Below, one piece after another: positions 55,002 through 64,000 of a stretch of DNA of 64,000 nt. The position numbers and the translations under genes were made by a program. The stretch spans positions 412 through 64,411 of IMG/VR virus record IMGVR_UViG_3300028029_000178, one strand, 5' to 3'. The notes below the pieces were generated by a model. The model worked only from the letters and a program-made list of their open reading frames with translations. It was not told where the DNA came from and ran no database searches. This DNA comes from a virus. Numbering within the stretch: the first letter of the stretch is position 1; every line of letters starts with the position of its first letter.

Positions 55002-58000
55002 TATATAATAGGATTAGTAGTCTGCTCAGACCATCTAAAGTCTAAATCATAATTTGTGTTTCCGTCTCTCTCTAATCTCACCATAAAAAAGTTTCCTTTT
55101 AATCTTTCTAAAGTACTTTTGCCGTAAAAAGATACTGCTTTTGAGTTTATTTTTTTGTCTATTTGATTTTCATCCCACAACCATATTGGTTGATTATTAC
55201 GATTACTTTTAGTTCGGTTGTAAAAATAACTTAAATTATATCTATAGTTATCATAAGATATTAGTACTTCTTGCTCTTTATCTTTTTTTGTTATAGGATA
55301 TTTAGATAGTTGTGAAACGGTACCATTATTTAATACTGGAATCAGATTACCTGAATTTTCATAATTATTATAAATAGTCACTGCTGTAAAAGGATTTGCC
55401 TCTATAACTGCGAAATCATAACTGCTATGATGTCTTCTTAATTGAGCATTCCAACTAAAAGATTCTAAACGTTTGCTAATATACTGATTTTTCACAGGAT
55501 ACTCAAATATATAAGAATATTTCTGACCATAAAACACTCTGTATGATTTATTGGTTAATAGATGGCTCCATAACCCGTTATCTGATGAATTAGAGTTAAT
55601 TCCACTTTGAAAATAGTTTGTATGATTTATATAGTAGTTAGGAGTATAACTCATATAACTTTCCCAACTTCCTGTTTCTGGTTTATAAGTAATTGTCCAA
55701 GACACTTCTTTTAAATTTCCAGCCTCTATTTGTTCTTGAAAAGTTAACCCATCAAAAAGATTTTCTTCTATGTCATATGTAAAAGAAACTCCTTTTGCTA
55801 AGACATAATCTTTTTTAGTAAGAATAACTCTTCTATACTTACTATCATATCCCCAATGTATTCCTACTCCATTGTACGGATTGTCTAAATTTATAAATTC
55901 AGGAAACTGTTTTGCAAATTTCAAAGGTAGGTGTTCTTTAAACCACACATCCATACCATTAGGTTTACCATTAGAATACCTAGATACTTCTTGCATACCA
56001 GTGCTTCCTGTGTAATTAAATATTTGCCCCCTCTTCATATCTGCATGAAAATGTCCAAATTCACAAGATAAAGTTTGTTTAGTTTGGGTACCACCATAGC
56101 CTATATCTGTAGATCTAAGTGTTACTGCTCTTTTTGCAAACATTCCTCCATTACCTAAATCTGCTGTATAACTAGTGGAACCATCTGTGTATTGGTTAAC
56201 TTCATTTTGTAATTGTAATGCATCTTCAAAATACATTAAAATTTGGTCTGACTCAATACCTTTCATATTTATCAAATTACCATATCTAGAAGTAAGAGTA
56301 AACTTATCGTTAGGTCTGTAAAGAAGCCAAGGCTCTGTTATACTATTTTCATTTGCATCTGGTAATGAGTATATTCCACTGTTTTTATTGTATGCTTTTT
56401 TAGCTTCATTTTCTTTAGAATAGTACTCTGGTAAAAGAAAAGTTGTATTTTGTATATTTGTTTGTAAGTACGCCTTATTGTAAAAAAACTTCTCAGGCCT
56501 TGTCAATTTTACTATTGAAGGCTGAGTAATACTTTCATAATCAGAATTTTGAGGATAAAATTGATTCCAAGGCTCTTTCCTTGCATTTCTAAAGTTAGTG
56601 TTAATTCTAGTTTCGCATAAAAAATTTGTAAAAGCTATACTGTATAAGTAAAATTTTCCAGGTGGTTTTACATAAAATACATTACTGTTTCCTTGACAAT
56701 CAAAATGCACATCAAAATGTATATTTGGAAACAATTGGCTTCCTGTTCTCTCTTCTAAAGTAACTTTATAATCTATATAGTATTTAGCATCTCCGTAGTT
56801 ACTATTAAATTTGTAAGGAAAAGGAGTTAAATCTGCGGAACCTAGTAAGTCAGTTTCAAATATTCTAACTTTTCTTTTTTTACTATGTCTTGAGATAAAA
56901 GTATCTCCTCCTAGTACTCCTTCACAAAGTCCTGTCTCCTCAATAGGGATACAAAAAGTTGTATCTATCCATTTAATACTAGTAATAGTGCCAAATTGAT
57001 TTGGTATGTAATTTTTAAATGCTACATAAGGTGAAGCTACATTTCTTATATGTTCAGGACTTTTACCAGAAGTGCAACCTGTTTCGGAACTCAGTATTTG
57101 AGAAGAAAAACTAGCTGCCAAAGATGAATTATCAAAAGATACATACTCAGGATTTATATTATCTATAGGAAAATCACCTAAACTAAAGAAAGGTAAATGC
57201 TCTCTATCTATATTATTTAATTTAGTTATTTTACCTGATGTTGTATCAGAGATATTTAACATTCCTCCTGTTAGATATTTTCTAACAGAGAGGCCCCTTA
57301 ATCTATCTCCATCAGTTTGTAAAGTTTTTAAATAGTTATAATTAGATCCTGCTGCTGTGTAGTACCCAAAATTATAAGGAGTGCCCAAGTTTTCAAAAGT
57401 TCTTAGCCACTCTAGTCTATACTTACCTACTTTTTGAGTCACTGAGTCTATAGCTCCTAAAGATGCTGCTATTATACCTAACACTGTACCTGTTGGGTTA
57501 ACAGAGTTGGCAAGACCTATTTGTACTCTATAAACCTCTGCTGAGTTAGCTATTTGTATTGCTAACTCTGCTGTTGCTTCTAAAGAAGCTAATACAGTGG
57601 CAAGAGTTTTTGCTTTCTTACCAAGTATTACCATTTTTGCATGATCCTCTACTGGAAGAATTCTAGAATTAGACTTCCCAAACATAAAACCTTGAATAGA
57701 CATTTCATTAGGTAGTGAAGGTTTAAAATAATCGAATTCAGGAGATACTACTTGCATTTTATCAAAGCTGTTGTCATCTCCTGCTTCACTATTTGGAAAA
57801 TATTTATCTTCACCTAATGAGTTAAAAGGATAATTAAAATAATTTATTTCTTCTCCTTCAATTTCATATTTTTTTGTATTAAAAACTAAACCACTTGCTA
57901 CAACACTTCTATCTAAAGTTAAGTCAGATCTATATAATTTATAATTTACGATATTATCTTTTTGTTCTTGTGTAATAAGATTGTTATCTACTGCTACATC

Positions 58001-61000
58001 TAATAAGTTGCTAATCACTTCTCCATCAATAGTAAAACCTAGTGGAGAGATAATAGTCTCTGCATTAGATCCTATTTCTTGTGTTCTAATAAAAGGACTT
58101 ACTTTGTTGTCAGGCATTTTATAAAGCCTAATTTTTTTACATCTAAAATCTGCTGCTTCTGATAAAGTAATAGTAGAAGCTGTTTCACTATCTTTATATA
58201 AATCTAATTTTGTTAGTAAATCTGCATTTGTTATCTTATCCTTATTTATAGTAAGAGTAGAAGAGTTAAAAAGCTCTTCATTATCTGGGTACAAACTTGT
58301 ACTTTCATAAAAACCCATTTCTCCATACTTATATGGGACTGGCTCACAATCTTTTAAAACAGGAATTTCGAAATCACAAGAGGTTAGATATTTTTGAGTC
58401 TTCTCTAATTTTATTTCGTCCCATGAGATAGTTGCTGATTCAGGTTCTTCATTTCTATCTACTATGTTCCATGCTCCACAAGGAAGATTGGCTATATAAG
58501 TTGTTACAAAAGTTGCCCCATTTTGTGATTGAGGGTTATACTCATTGTCATCATTTACCCAATCGTTACTGTTCCATAAAGGACCTAAACCTGTAGCTTC
58601 TTTTATTGAAGTTTCTACAGATATATACATGCTAGTATTTGTTAATGCGCTTATAATAGTAGAGCTTATTTCAATAAAAGTATGTTGATCTAAATCTACT
58701 AACTCAGAATGTATAGGTGCTAAAGCAGCACACTTATCAAAAACTGAAACCCTAACTAAAGAAGTTTTATTCCTACCAAGTTTTAAATCTGCTCCATTTA
58801 CTTTTATTGTCTCTCTATCACAAGAAGTATTCTCACTTATATTTATATAAAATTTCTCCCTATCAAAAACTGAGGTTTTAAACCATAGTGCATTTTTATG
58901 AAATTTATTTGTAAACACTCCATCAACAGAGTTCACAGAGCCACTAACTGTTGAAGCTGGCATATTTATAGCGGAATTCTGTAGTAATGCTATAGATAAA
59001 GCTCCTTCATTTTGATGAAAAAATGAACTGTAAACAGATTGTACATTTCCATCAGTTATTCTTTGTAAATCTTGTGCTTGAAAACATGTTTTATTGTATG
59101 TAGATGCTTGTCTTTTTCTTGTAAAAGCTAGTATATCTGTTCCTATAAAAGGTGCAGAGGTGTAAGCAAAAGAAAAATTCCAATCTATTTCTGATTTATT
59201 TGTTTCAGAATCTATAGTGTACAAAATTGGAGTGACAGGTGGTGCTATACTAGCATACTGACTTGCATCATTTGGATATATATATTCTATTTTCTCATTG
59301 GTAGTTTCTCCAATATTAATTATTTCTTCTGGGTCTAAGACAAAAGGTTCGCAAAAACCACCTGGTAATGCTGGTACATTGTTATAGCCTGTTAAATTAG
59401 AAATATCTACATAAGGAGCTATGACTCCTAAAGTTGAAGGGTCATTTATATTATCTTCTATAAAAGATTTTAAATCTGATATCTCTTCTACAATAGATAA
59501 ATCTATATCTATGAGAACTCCCGTAGGTACAGGAGGCACCTCTATTTTTGTATAAGTTGTAATAGACTCTGTTTGAGTTACAGTTTCTATTACACTATTA
59601 GTTGGACAGGTTCCTAAATCTGTAGCAGTATTATAAAATTGCCATTTTTTATCTCTTAAATTGCCATCACAATCTCCTACAATATCTGTTATAGAGTCGT
59701 AATCATCTCCTGTTACAAACTCGGATAGTTCGTCTTCTGTGGCAGGTCTAGGTATAAATATAAAATTATTAGTTCTAGACCCATCTGTAAATCCAAAATC
59801 AAGAGAGAATGCTAAATTTTCATCTCTGTTGTACCCTACATACTTGTAAGAATCTGCATTAGCATATAAATTTTCTTTTGCTCTGTAAGACATCCACTGA
59901 ATTCCTAATCCTGCCAAATTAATTACAGGTTGTAAATTAATAGGTTCTTTTTCTTTTACTCCATTAAGGACTAAAACATTATTAGATACAGTGGCTCCAT
60001 CAACAGATTCTACAAAAGGTCTCCTAACTGCAAGCCTAGTGTTGTTAATTGGTTGCCCATTATTATTAGATAAAACTATGACTCTATCTGAGGTTCCGTG
60101 AATACCCTCTACAAAAGTGGTAAATACACCTCTTGAGGTATAGTATCTTACAGCTATTTTATAGAAATCGAATTTTATATCTATATTAGCTAATTCTACT
60201 TTGATAGCAAAGTTTGTCTCTGCATTATTATCTAATTGCTCATGAATAACATTAGCCTCATCAAAAATAGGAATTATTGGTGTAAGAGATGTGTAAGAAG
60301 AATACTCATTTCCTACTTGGTCCGAATACGCACCTAATATTTCGTAACCTCCTTTTTTAAGATTTCCTCCTAATACCCTTTCATATTTTTCAATTTTTAA
60401 TTCTGAGAAAAATTTAAACACTCTTAATTTATCACAGTCTAAACATGTGGAAGTAGGCACTGCGCCACAATTATCATCTCCTGTAACTCTATATTGTTCT
60501 AAATCATCTAACTCTAAATATCTAAATTCCTTATCTCCTGGAGTAGATGTCCAAAAAAGTTTAGTTCCTATATTTTGTTCCTTAATTAAAATATTTATTA
60601 TAGGAAAATCTATATCGAAACCTAAACATAAATTACAACTGTCTTCTAAAAGAGTTTCATACACTTGGTGAGGTACTTGTGTTTGCTCCTCCAGAGGAAT
60701 AGCTTCTTTATTATTTTTATCACACTCAGTGCACCCTGGAATTTCTGTATCAAGAACTTCGGTAAATTCAGTAGTATTTACTATACAGCCTATTTCACTT
60801 ACTTTTGTTTCTGGATTAGTAAGAAAAACATATGTTTTATCACGTACTACATGATTTTTCCCACCTATAAATTTAAAACCCTCGGCAAATTTTACAGCTA
60901 AAATATTTGAATGTTCGTCTGTAAGATTAAATTTCTCTCCTCCTTCATCATACGAGTTTCCATTTAACTGAAAAGCAAATTCCCCTTCACTTAATAAATG

Positions 61001-61060
61001 AGGGGATAAGGCACGGTTCATTCCTACTTTAGGGATAGATATCTCTTTTTGTTTTGCCAT
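55001..61060 (-). CDS. Large tail protein (nozzle / tail-stabilisation-like), 2019 aa
   Basis: N-terminal GMNR..SP, beta-rich and Cys-containing, YGGTQ and W.SY.SY.P C-terminal segments; follows ring-like genes as in podovirus tail modules. Inferred. Confidence 0.6.
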   Translation of the reverse strand: MAKQKEISIPKVGMNRALSPHLLSEGEFAFQLNGNSYDEGGEKFNLTDEHSNILAVKFAEGFKFIGGKNHVVRDKTYVFLTNPETKVSEIGCIVNTTEFTEVLDTEIPGCTECDKNNKEAIPLEEQTQVPHQVYETLLEDSCNLCLGFDIDFPIINILIKEQNIGTKLFWTSTPGDKEFRYLELDDLEQYRVTGDDNCGAVPTSTCLDCDKLRVFKFFSELKIEKYERVLGGNLKKGGYEILGAYSDQVGNEYSSYTSLTPIIPIFDEANVIHEQLDNNAETNFAIKVELANIDIKFDFYKIAVRYYTSRGVFTTFVEGIHGTSDRVIVLSNNNGQPINNTRLAVRRPFVESVDGATVSNNVLVLNGVKEKEPINLQPVINLAGLGIQWMSYRAKENLYANADSYKYVGYNRDENLAFSLDFGFTDGSRTNNFIFIPRPATEDELSEFVTGDDYDSITDIVGDCDGNLRDKKWQFYNTATDLGTCPTNSVIETVTQTESITTYTKIEVPPVPTGVLIDIDLSIVEEISDLKSFIEDNINDPSTLGVIAPYVDISNLTGYNNVPALPGGFCEPFVLDPEEIINIGETTNEKIEYIYPNDASQYASIAPPVTPILYTIDSETNKSEIDWNFSFAYTSAPFIGTDILAFTRKRQASTYNKTCFQAQDLQRITDGNVQSVYSSFFHQNEGALSIALLQNSAINMPASTVSGSVNSVDGVFTNKFHKNALWFKTSVFDREKFYINISENTSCDRETIKVNGADLKLGRNKTSLVRVSVFDKCAALAPIHSELVDLDQHTFIEISSTIISALTNTSMYISVETSIKEATGLGPLWNSNDWVNDDNEYNPQSQNGATFVTTYIANLPCGAWNIVDRNEEPESATISWDEIKLEKTQKYLTSCDFEIPVLKDCEPVPYKYGEMGFYESTSLYPDNEELFNSSTLTINKDKITNADLLTKLDLYKDSETASTITLSEAADFRCKKIRLYKMPDNKVSPFIRTQEIGSNAETIISPLGFTIDGEVISNLLDVAVDNNLITQEQKDNIVNYKLYRSDLTLDRSVVASGLVFNTKKYEIEGEEINYFNYPFNSLGEDKYFPNSEAGDDNSFDKMQVVSPEFDYFKPSLPNEMSIQGFMFGKSNSRILPVEDHAKMVILGKKAKTLATVLASLEATAELAIQIANSAEVYRVQIGLANSVNPTGTVLGIIAASLGAIDSVTQKVGKYRLEWLRTFENLGTPYNFGYYTAAGSNYNYLKTLQTDGDRLRGLSVRKYLTGGMLNISDTTSGKITKLNNIDREHLPFFSLGDFPIDNINPEYVSFDNSSLAASFSSQILSSETGCTSGKSPEHIRNVASPYVAFKNYIPNQFGTITSIKWIDTTFCIPIEETGLCEGVLGGDTFISRHSKKRKVRIFETDLLGSADLTPFPYKFNSNYGDAKYYIDYKVTLEERTGSQLFPNIHFDVHFDCQGNSNVFYVKPPGKFYLYSIAFTNFLCETRINTNFRNARKEPWNQFYPQNSDYESITQPSIVKLTRPEKFFYNKAYLQTNIQNTTFLLPEYYSKENEAKKAYNKNSGIYSLPDANENSITEPWLLYRPNDKFTLTSRYGNLINMKGIESDQILMYFEDALQLQNEVNQYTDGSTSYTADLGNGGMFAKRAVTLRSTDIGYGGTQTKQTLSCEFGHFHADMKRGQIFNYTGSTGMQEVSRYSNGKPNGMDVWFKEHLPLKFAKQFPEFINLDNPYNGVGIHWGYDSKYRRVILTKKDYVLAKGVSFTYDIEENLFDGLTFQEQIEAGNLKEVSWTITYKPETGSWESYMSYTPNYYINHTNYFQSGINSNSSDNGLWSHLLTNKSYRVFYGQKYSYIFEYPVKNQYISKRLESFSWNAQLRRHHSSYDFAVIEANPFTAVTIYNNYENSGNLIPVLNNGTVSQLSKYPITKKDKEQEVLISYDNYRYNLSYFYNRTKSNRNNQPIWLWDENQIDKKINSKAVSFYGKSTLERLKGNFFMVRLERDGNTNYDLDFRWSEQTTNPII

Positions 61061-61065
61061 TTATA

Positions 61066-61935
61066 TTATAGATTTCGAAACATTGTTTCGTATTTATTTG
61101 TATTTCTTCTGTTATTGTTTATTAATTTAGTACTCCACCCAGCAAGGCCTTTAGCTATACTTTCTGATTTTGCCTCGTAATAGTATTGGTCAGCTAAGGG
61201 TTGGAATACTTGTAATTTATTAAACACATTTGGGTCATCTTCTGACAATAACAAATCTTGTAAAGTTCTTACAATAGCAAAGTATATAATATAATTTTTT
61301 AATTTATCTCTAGAAGTCTCTGGAATAATTAAATCTCCTGTTTCATCACAAGGTAAGCCTTTATACCAAAGCCATATAAAACCTTCATTAAAATTAGTTG
61401 TAAGGTAATTATGTTGTTCATCAATAGAGATGTCGAAAGGACTTGAAGAAATAAGGTTTGGACAGTTAGTTTCACACCTTACCTTATGTACATGAGGTTT
61501 TAAATTTAATAAAGTAGGCATATTATAATAAAATGTATATGCTTTTTTAGGCACCTCAAAATAAAGAGTTTCAGTTATGTATCTTGCATCTCCTTCTGAA
61601 GTACAAGGCTTACCCTCAAGGTAATTATAATAGTCTCCTATATCTGTCCACTCTAAGTAAGAAGTTCTTCTTTGTGCATGTTTTTCTACTTTAGCATCTA
61701 CATATCCTACTTGTTCGCATTTTACTGCTGCTTTTAAAGACCAAAAATTATCTGGCAATTTGACTTTTCCCTTTTCAACTCTAAGAGTTATTTGGTACTC
61801 ATTCATAATATTCCCTCCGAACTCTTTTATATTTTGTACTACACCGTTTTTTATAGCAATTTCATCTAATAGCCCTTGTTGGTCATATACTTTCAATTTA
61901 TTACGAATCTCAGCTAATATTTGTTTATATGTCAT
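61066..61935 (-). CDS. Putative tail ring/adaptor protein
   Basis: 289 aa; LPDNF, TNFNEGFIWLWYKGLPCDETGDLIIPE pattern; position just upstream of the large tail gene. Confidence 0.5.
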   Translation of the reverse strand: MTYKQILAEIRNKLKVYDQQGLLDEIAIKNGVVQNIKEFGGNIMNEYQITLRVEKGKVKLPDNFWSLKAAVKCEQVGYVDAKVEKHAQRRTSYLEWTDIGDYYNYLEGKPCTSEGDARYITETLYFEVPKKAYTFYYNMPTLLNLKPHVHKVRCETNCPNLISSSPFDISIDEQHNYLTTNFNEGFIWLWYKGLPCDETGDLIIPETSRDKLKNYIIYFAIVRTLQDLLLSEDDPNVFNKLQVFQPLADQYYYEAKSESIAKGLAGWSTKLINNNRRNTNKYETMFRNL

Positions 61936-61941
61936 ATTTTT

Positions 61942-62093
61942 CTATTTTGTGAACCCACACTCTTTACATCCATTTCCTTTTAAATGAGAATTAGCTTCTT
62001 GCTCAAACTTACCGTGTAACTTGCATATAAATGTCACCATGCACCTCTTTACATCTACTTATGAACCACTCTAATGATTTTCTTGTGGCCGTC
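61942..62093 (-). pseudogene. Relic of homing-endonuclease repeat (FIxRxKxVHG...CxxHG.F.Q...HL.G.GCxxC)
   Basis: ACG-ATRKSLEWFISRCKEVHGDIY, a frameshift, then ICKLHGKFEQEANSHLKGNGCKECGFTK*. Confidence 0.7.
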
Positions 62094-62564
62094 TTAAAAT
62101 TTATTTTTAATTAATGTAGGAAGAATAAAGTAGTATTTTGGAACTTCTTTATTTATTTTATCTGCCAATTTTTGTAAGTACGTTGTTGAAAAACTGCCAT
62201 CTAAGGACCAACAAAAATTATTGGCTTTTTTAAATAGATTGCAAAATATCATTGTATAGATATCTCCGTCTGTATGGCTATTAGTTTTTATCTTGCCATT
62301 TTGTAAAATTATAAATGGTTTATTATCTATTACTTGTGGGACAAGATATAAAAAATCTTTTTCATATACACCACTTTCATATTCTATAGAAGCCTCTGCT
62401 ATTTTTTTCCAAATTTTTCTAGATATCCTTCTATAATCAGAAAAATAATCGAATTTTTTAGGGTCTCTTATTTTAGAAGTAAGTCTATAGTCTTTGTAAG
62501 CTTCTTTTCCTACTATTGACACTCCTTTATGCACTGGTTTGCATTTTGAAATAAACCTGCTCAT
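62094..62564 (-). CDS. Basic hypothetical protein in the tail module
   Basis: 156 aa, Lys-rich. Possible nucleoid-type DNA-binding protein by position only. Confidence 0.55.
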   Translation of the reverse strand: MSRFISKCKPVHKGVSIVGKEAYKDYRLTSKIRDPKKFDYFSDYRRISRKIWKKIAEASIEYESGVYEKDFLYLVPQVIDNKPFIILQNGKIKTNSHTDGDIYTMIFCNLFKKANNFCWSLDGSFSTTYLQKLADKINKEVPKYYFILPTLIKNKF

Positions 62565-63232
62565 TATTTATCATTGCTATTTAAGTTAGGTTTTTCATCC
62601 TCAGGTATTTGTTTAGTTTGTAAGGCATTTTGAATAGTGTAAGAAATTACATCATCTAACATACTGTTAGGAGCTATAAATTCTTTATCCCAAGCACTTT
62701 CACAATCTTCTTTGCATCCACAAATATTATCTAATTCATACTGATCCATAGCTAAGATAAGTCCTGACAAAGCTGAAATTTCTTTAGGGACATAGATATG
62801 TCCGCCTAAAATGAAAAACTTATTATCATTTATTTCTCCTTGTCTTTCTGAATCAAGTCTGTATTGATATAATGTACTCTCAGAGTAAGTATTATTTCTA
62901 TCAATAGAGTATAACTCTTTTATACTAGAGCCGTACCTAGTAAAAACTATGTCTAAATCTTTAAGATTTTTTTTTGATTTTGATAATTTTTTACAAGACT
63001 TAAATTCTACATAATTACACTTAAATACATTTTCTGGTTCAAACTCAATACATTGAATTTCTTTATATAAAGACATATCTCTATTAATAGATTTCCTTTG
63101 GATTTTTTGTGTTATAAATTTTGTTGCAATAGTTACACCTATGTTTAGGATAAATCTATCGCTTATGTACGCATCCTTAGAGAGCATTCTAAGTTGATTT
63201 GATATTCGTGATACAAATTCTCTATTAGTCAT
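62564..63232 (-). CDS. Putative tail ring/adaptor protein
   Basis: 222 aa; MTNREFVSRI...ISDRFIL start and YFFILGGHIY-like segment (FFILGGHIYV); located in the tail module. Confidence 0.5.
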   Translation of the reverse strand: MTNREFVSRISNQLRMLSKDAYISDRFILNIGVTIATKFITQKIQRKSINRDMSLYKEIQCIEFEPENVFKCNYVEFKSCKKLSKSKKNLKDLDIVFTRYGSSIKELYSIDRNNTYSESTLYQYRLDSERQGEINDNKFFILGGHIYVPKEISALSGLILAMDQYELDNICGCKEDCESAWDKEFIAPNSMLDDVISYTIQNALQTKQIPEDEKPNLNSNDK

Positions 63233-63233
63233 T

Positions 63234-63288
63234 TTACAAAAATATACAATTATTTGTTATATTACAAAAGTATACAATTATTTGTTAT
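63234..63288 (-). promoter_or_regulatory. Tandem 27-nt duplication giving two -7 promoter elements
   Basis: 63234-60 and 63262-88 differ at one base. The - strand reads TACTTTTG (63272-65) and TATTTTTG (63244-37), the latter 4 nt before the ATG. Confidence 0.65.
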
Positions 63289-63289
63289 T

Positions 63290-63324
63290 AAAAAAGGAAG
63301 TACTTTTTAAGGCACCTCCTTTTT
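63290..63324 (-). terminator. Intrinsic terminator
   Basis: On the - strand AAAAAGGAGGTGC pairs with GTACTTCCTTTTT, followed by T. Confidence 0.75.
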
Positions 63325-63355
63325 AAAGAAAAACAACAAAATTATCTTTATATTA

Positions 63356-63946
63356 TTAACTGAAGTCTATTACTTCATATCTGACTTTTATAGTTATTTC
63401 TGCTACACCTCCTGTTAAAGAACCTGCCCCTCCATATGAACTTAGTACTACATCTAAACTTTTATTTATATTATTTCCACTATAAACATTTTGTATGGGT
63501 AATACATAAACAGTTTGTCCTACTATTTCATAGTCACCAAACCCTATACCAGCAGCTTCATTTACTGAGTTAGCATCCCAAGCTATTAATAGTGTTTCTC
63601 CAGCAATGTTAGTGTAAGCTGTAGTTATTTGTATCTTACTCACTATTGATATAGGAACAATCATTTTATTTGCCCCTGGTGCTGGTAGTAGATTATAAGC
63701 TGATGCTTGTGTTATATTAGTATCAGTAATTATTACTGTTGCTTCTTGAACACTAGCTGTTTGTAAATCTGTGTCAGCTAAGTTTCCTTGCGCTACTATA
63801 GATATACTTTCGTATGTGTTATTTGGTAGCCACCTGTAGAATGTATCTACTGAGTTACCTGTTATCATATACAAAAGATTAGAATTACCTTTTTTTGGTA
63901 ATTTGCCTACTCTTTTTATTGTATAGTGTCCTTCTTCTCTAGCCAT
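63356..63946 (-). CDS. Putative virion structural protein
   Basis: 196 aa; short LPKKGNSNLLYM..FYRW N-terminal module plus a beta-rich Gly/Thr/Ala domain. Confidence 0.5.
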   Translation of the reverse strand: MAREEGHYTIKRVGKLPKKGNSNLLYMITGNSVDTFYRWLPNNTYESISIVAQGNLADTDLQTASVQEATVIITDTNITQASAYNLLPAPGANKMIVPISIVSKIQITTAYTNIAGETLLIAWDANSVNEAAGIGFGDYEIVGQTVYVLPIQNVYSGNNINKSLDVVLSSYGGAGSLTGGVAEITIKVRYEVIDFS

Positions 63947-63982
63947 TTTATTTATTTTTATTGATTTTTATTGATTTTTTAT

Positions 63983-64000
63983 AAATTGAGCGTAAAACTC
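63983..64000 (+). mobile_element. Start of a second IS200/IS605 left end, truncated by the window edge
   Basis: TTTAT|AAATTGAGCGTAAAACTC versus TTTAT|AAATCGAGCCTAAAACTC at the 35890 end; 24 of 26 nt identical over 63975-64000 and 35873-35898. Confidence 0.7.

Noticed and set aside
1403-61987. Short ORF-track entries antisense to or nested in long genes (e.g. 1403-1591, 7545-7796, 21875-22147, 24244-24615, 34431-35072, 43001-43309, 44984-45583, 53344-53646, 61760-61987)
   Set aside because: They are shadows of well-supported genes on the other strand or frame, with biased composition and no motifs.
62094-62564. IHF/HU-family call
   Set aside because: Position and basic charge fit, but no clear HU/IHF signature is visible.
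1-64000. Genome-wide TAG or TGA stop-codon reassignment
   Set aside because: ORFs of up to 2019 aa are open in the standard code on both arms, and TAG/TGA end genes that abut their neighbours.
1-64000. tRNA, tmRNA, rRNA or RNase P genes
   Set aside because: No cloverleaf with T-loop GTTCGA, tmRNA termini or RNase P core was recognised in the intergenic gaps. No scan could be run.

Overview
A 64-kb, strongly AT-rich segment of a large dsDNA phage of Bacteroidota, probably Flavobacteriaceae. The host call rests on repeated TAnnTTTG (-7) promoters and A-rich start regions without Shine-Dalgarno sites. The virion module layout resembles crAss-related podoviruses (inference, no search run). The + strand (1-34140) holds the replication and nucleotide-metabolism arm: three stand-alone DEDD exonucleases, a PD-(D/E)XK nuclease, an NAD salvage locus (NMNAT-Nudix, HAD, NAMPT), nrdB/nrdA, MazG-like enzyme, Rnl2-type RNA ligase, DnaB helicase, family A DNA polymerase, ThyX, a guanylate-kinase-like enzyme, primase, metallophosphoesterase, ATP-dependent DNA ligase and a stop-interrupted C5 methyltransferase. 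The - strand (35963-63946) holds the virion arm: four very large putative cargo proteins, a lytic transglycosylase, a 2019-aa tail protein and ring-like proteins. An IS200/IS605 element (intact tnpA, frameshifted tnpB) sits where the arms converge, and a second left end starts at the window edge. Most notable: (1) an intein in the active-site motif of NAMPT, related to and the same length (321 aa) as an intein at an unrelated site in NrdA; (2) an HNH-AP2 endonuclease fused in frame inside a small phage gene with no splicing elements; (3) five mini-ORF relics of homing endonucleases at gene junctions; (4) three structured intergenic RNA candidates; (5) a recurring xxxGG motif in virion cargo proteins. 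Family assignments come from motif recognition by eye, not database searches.
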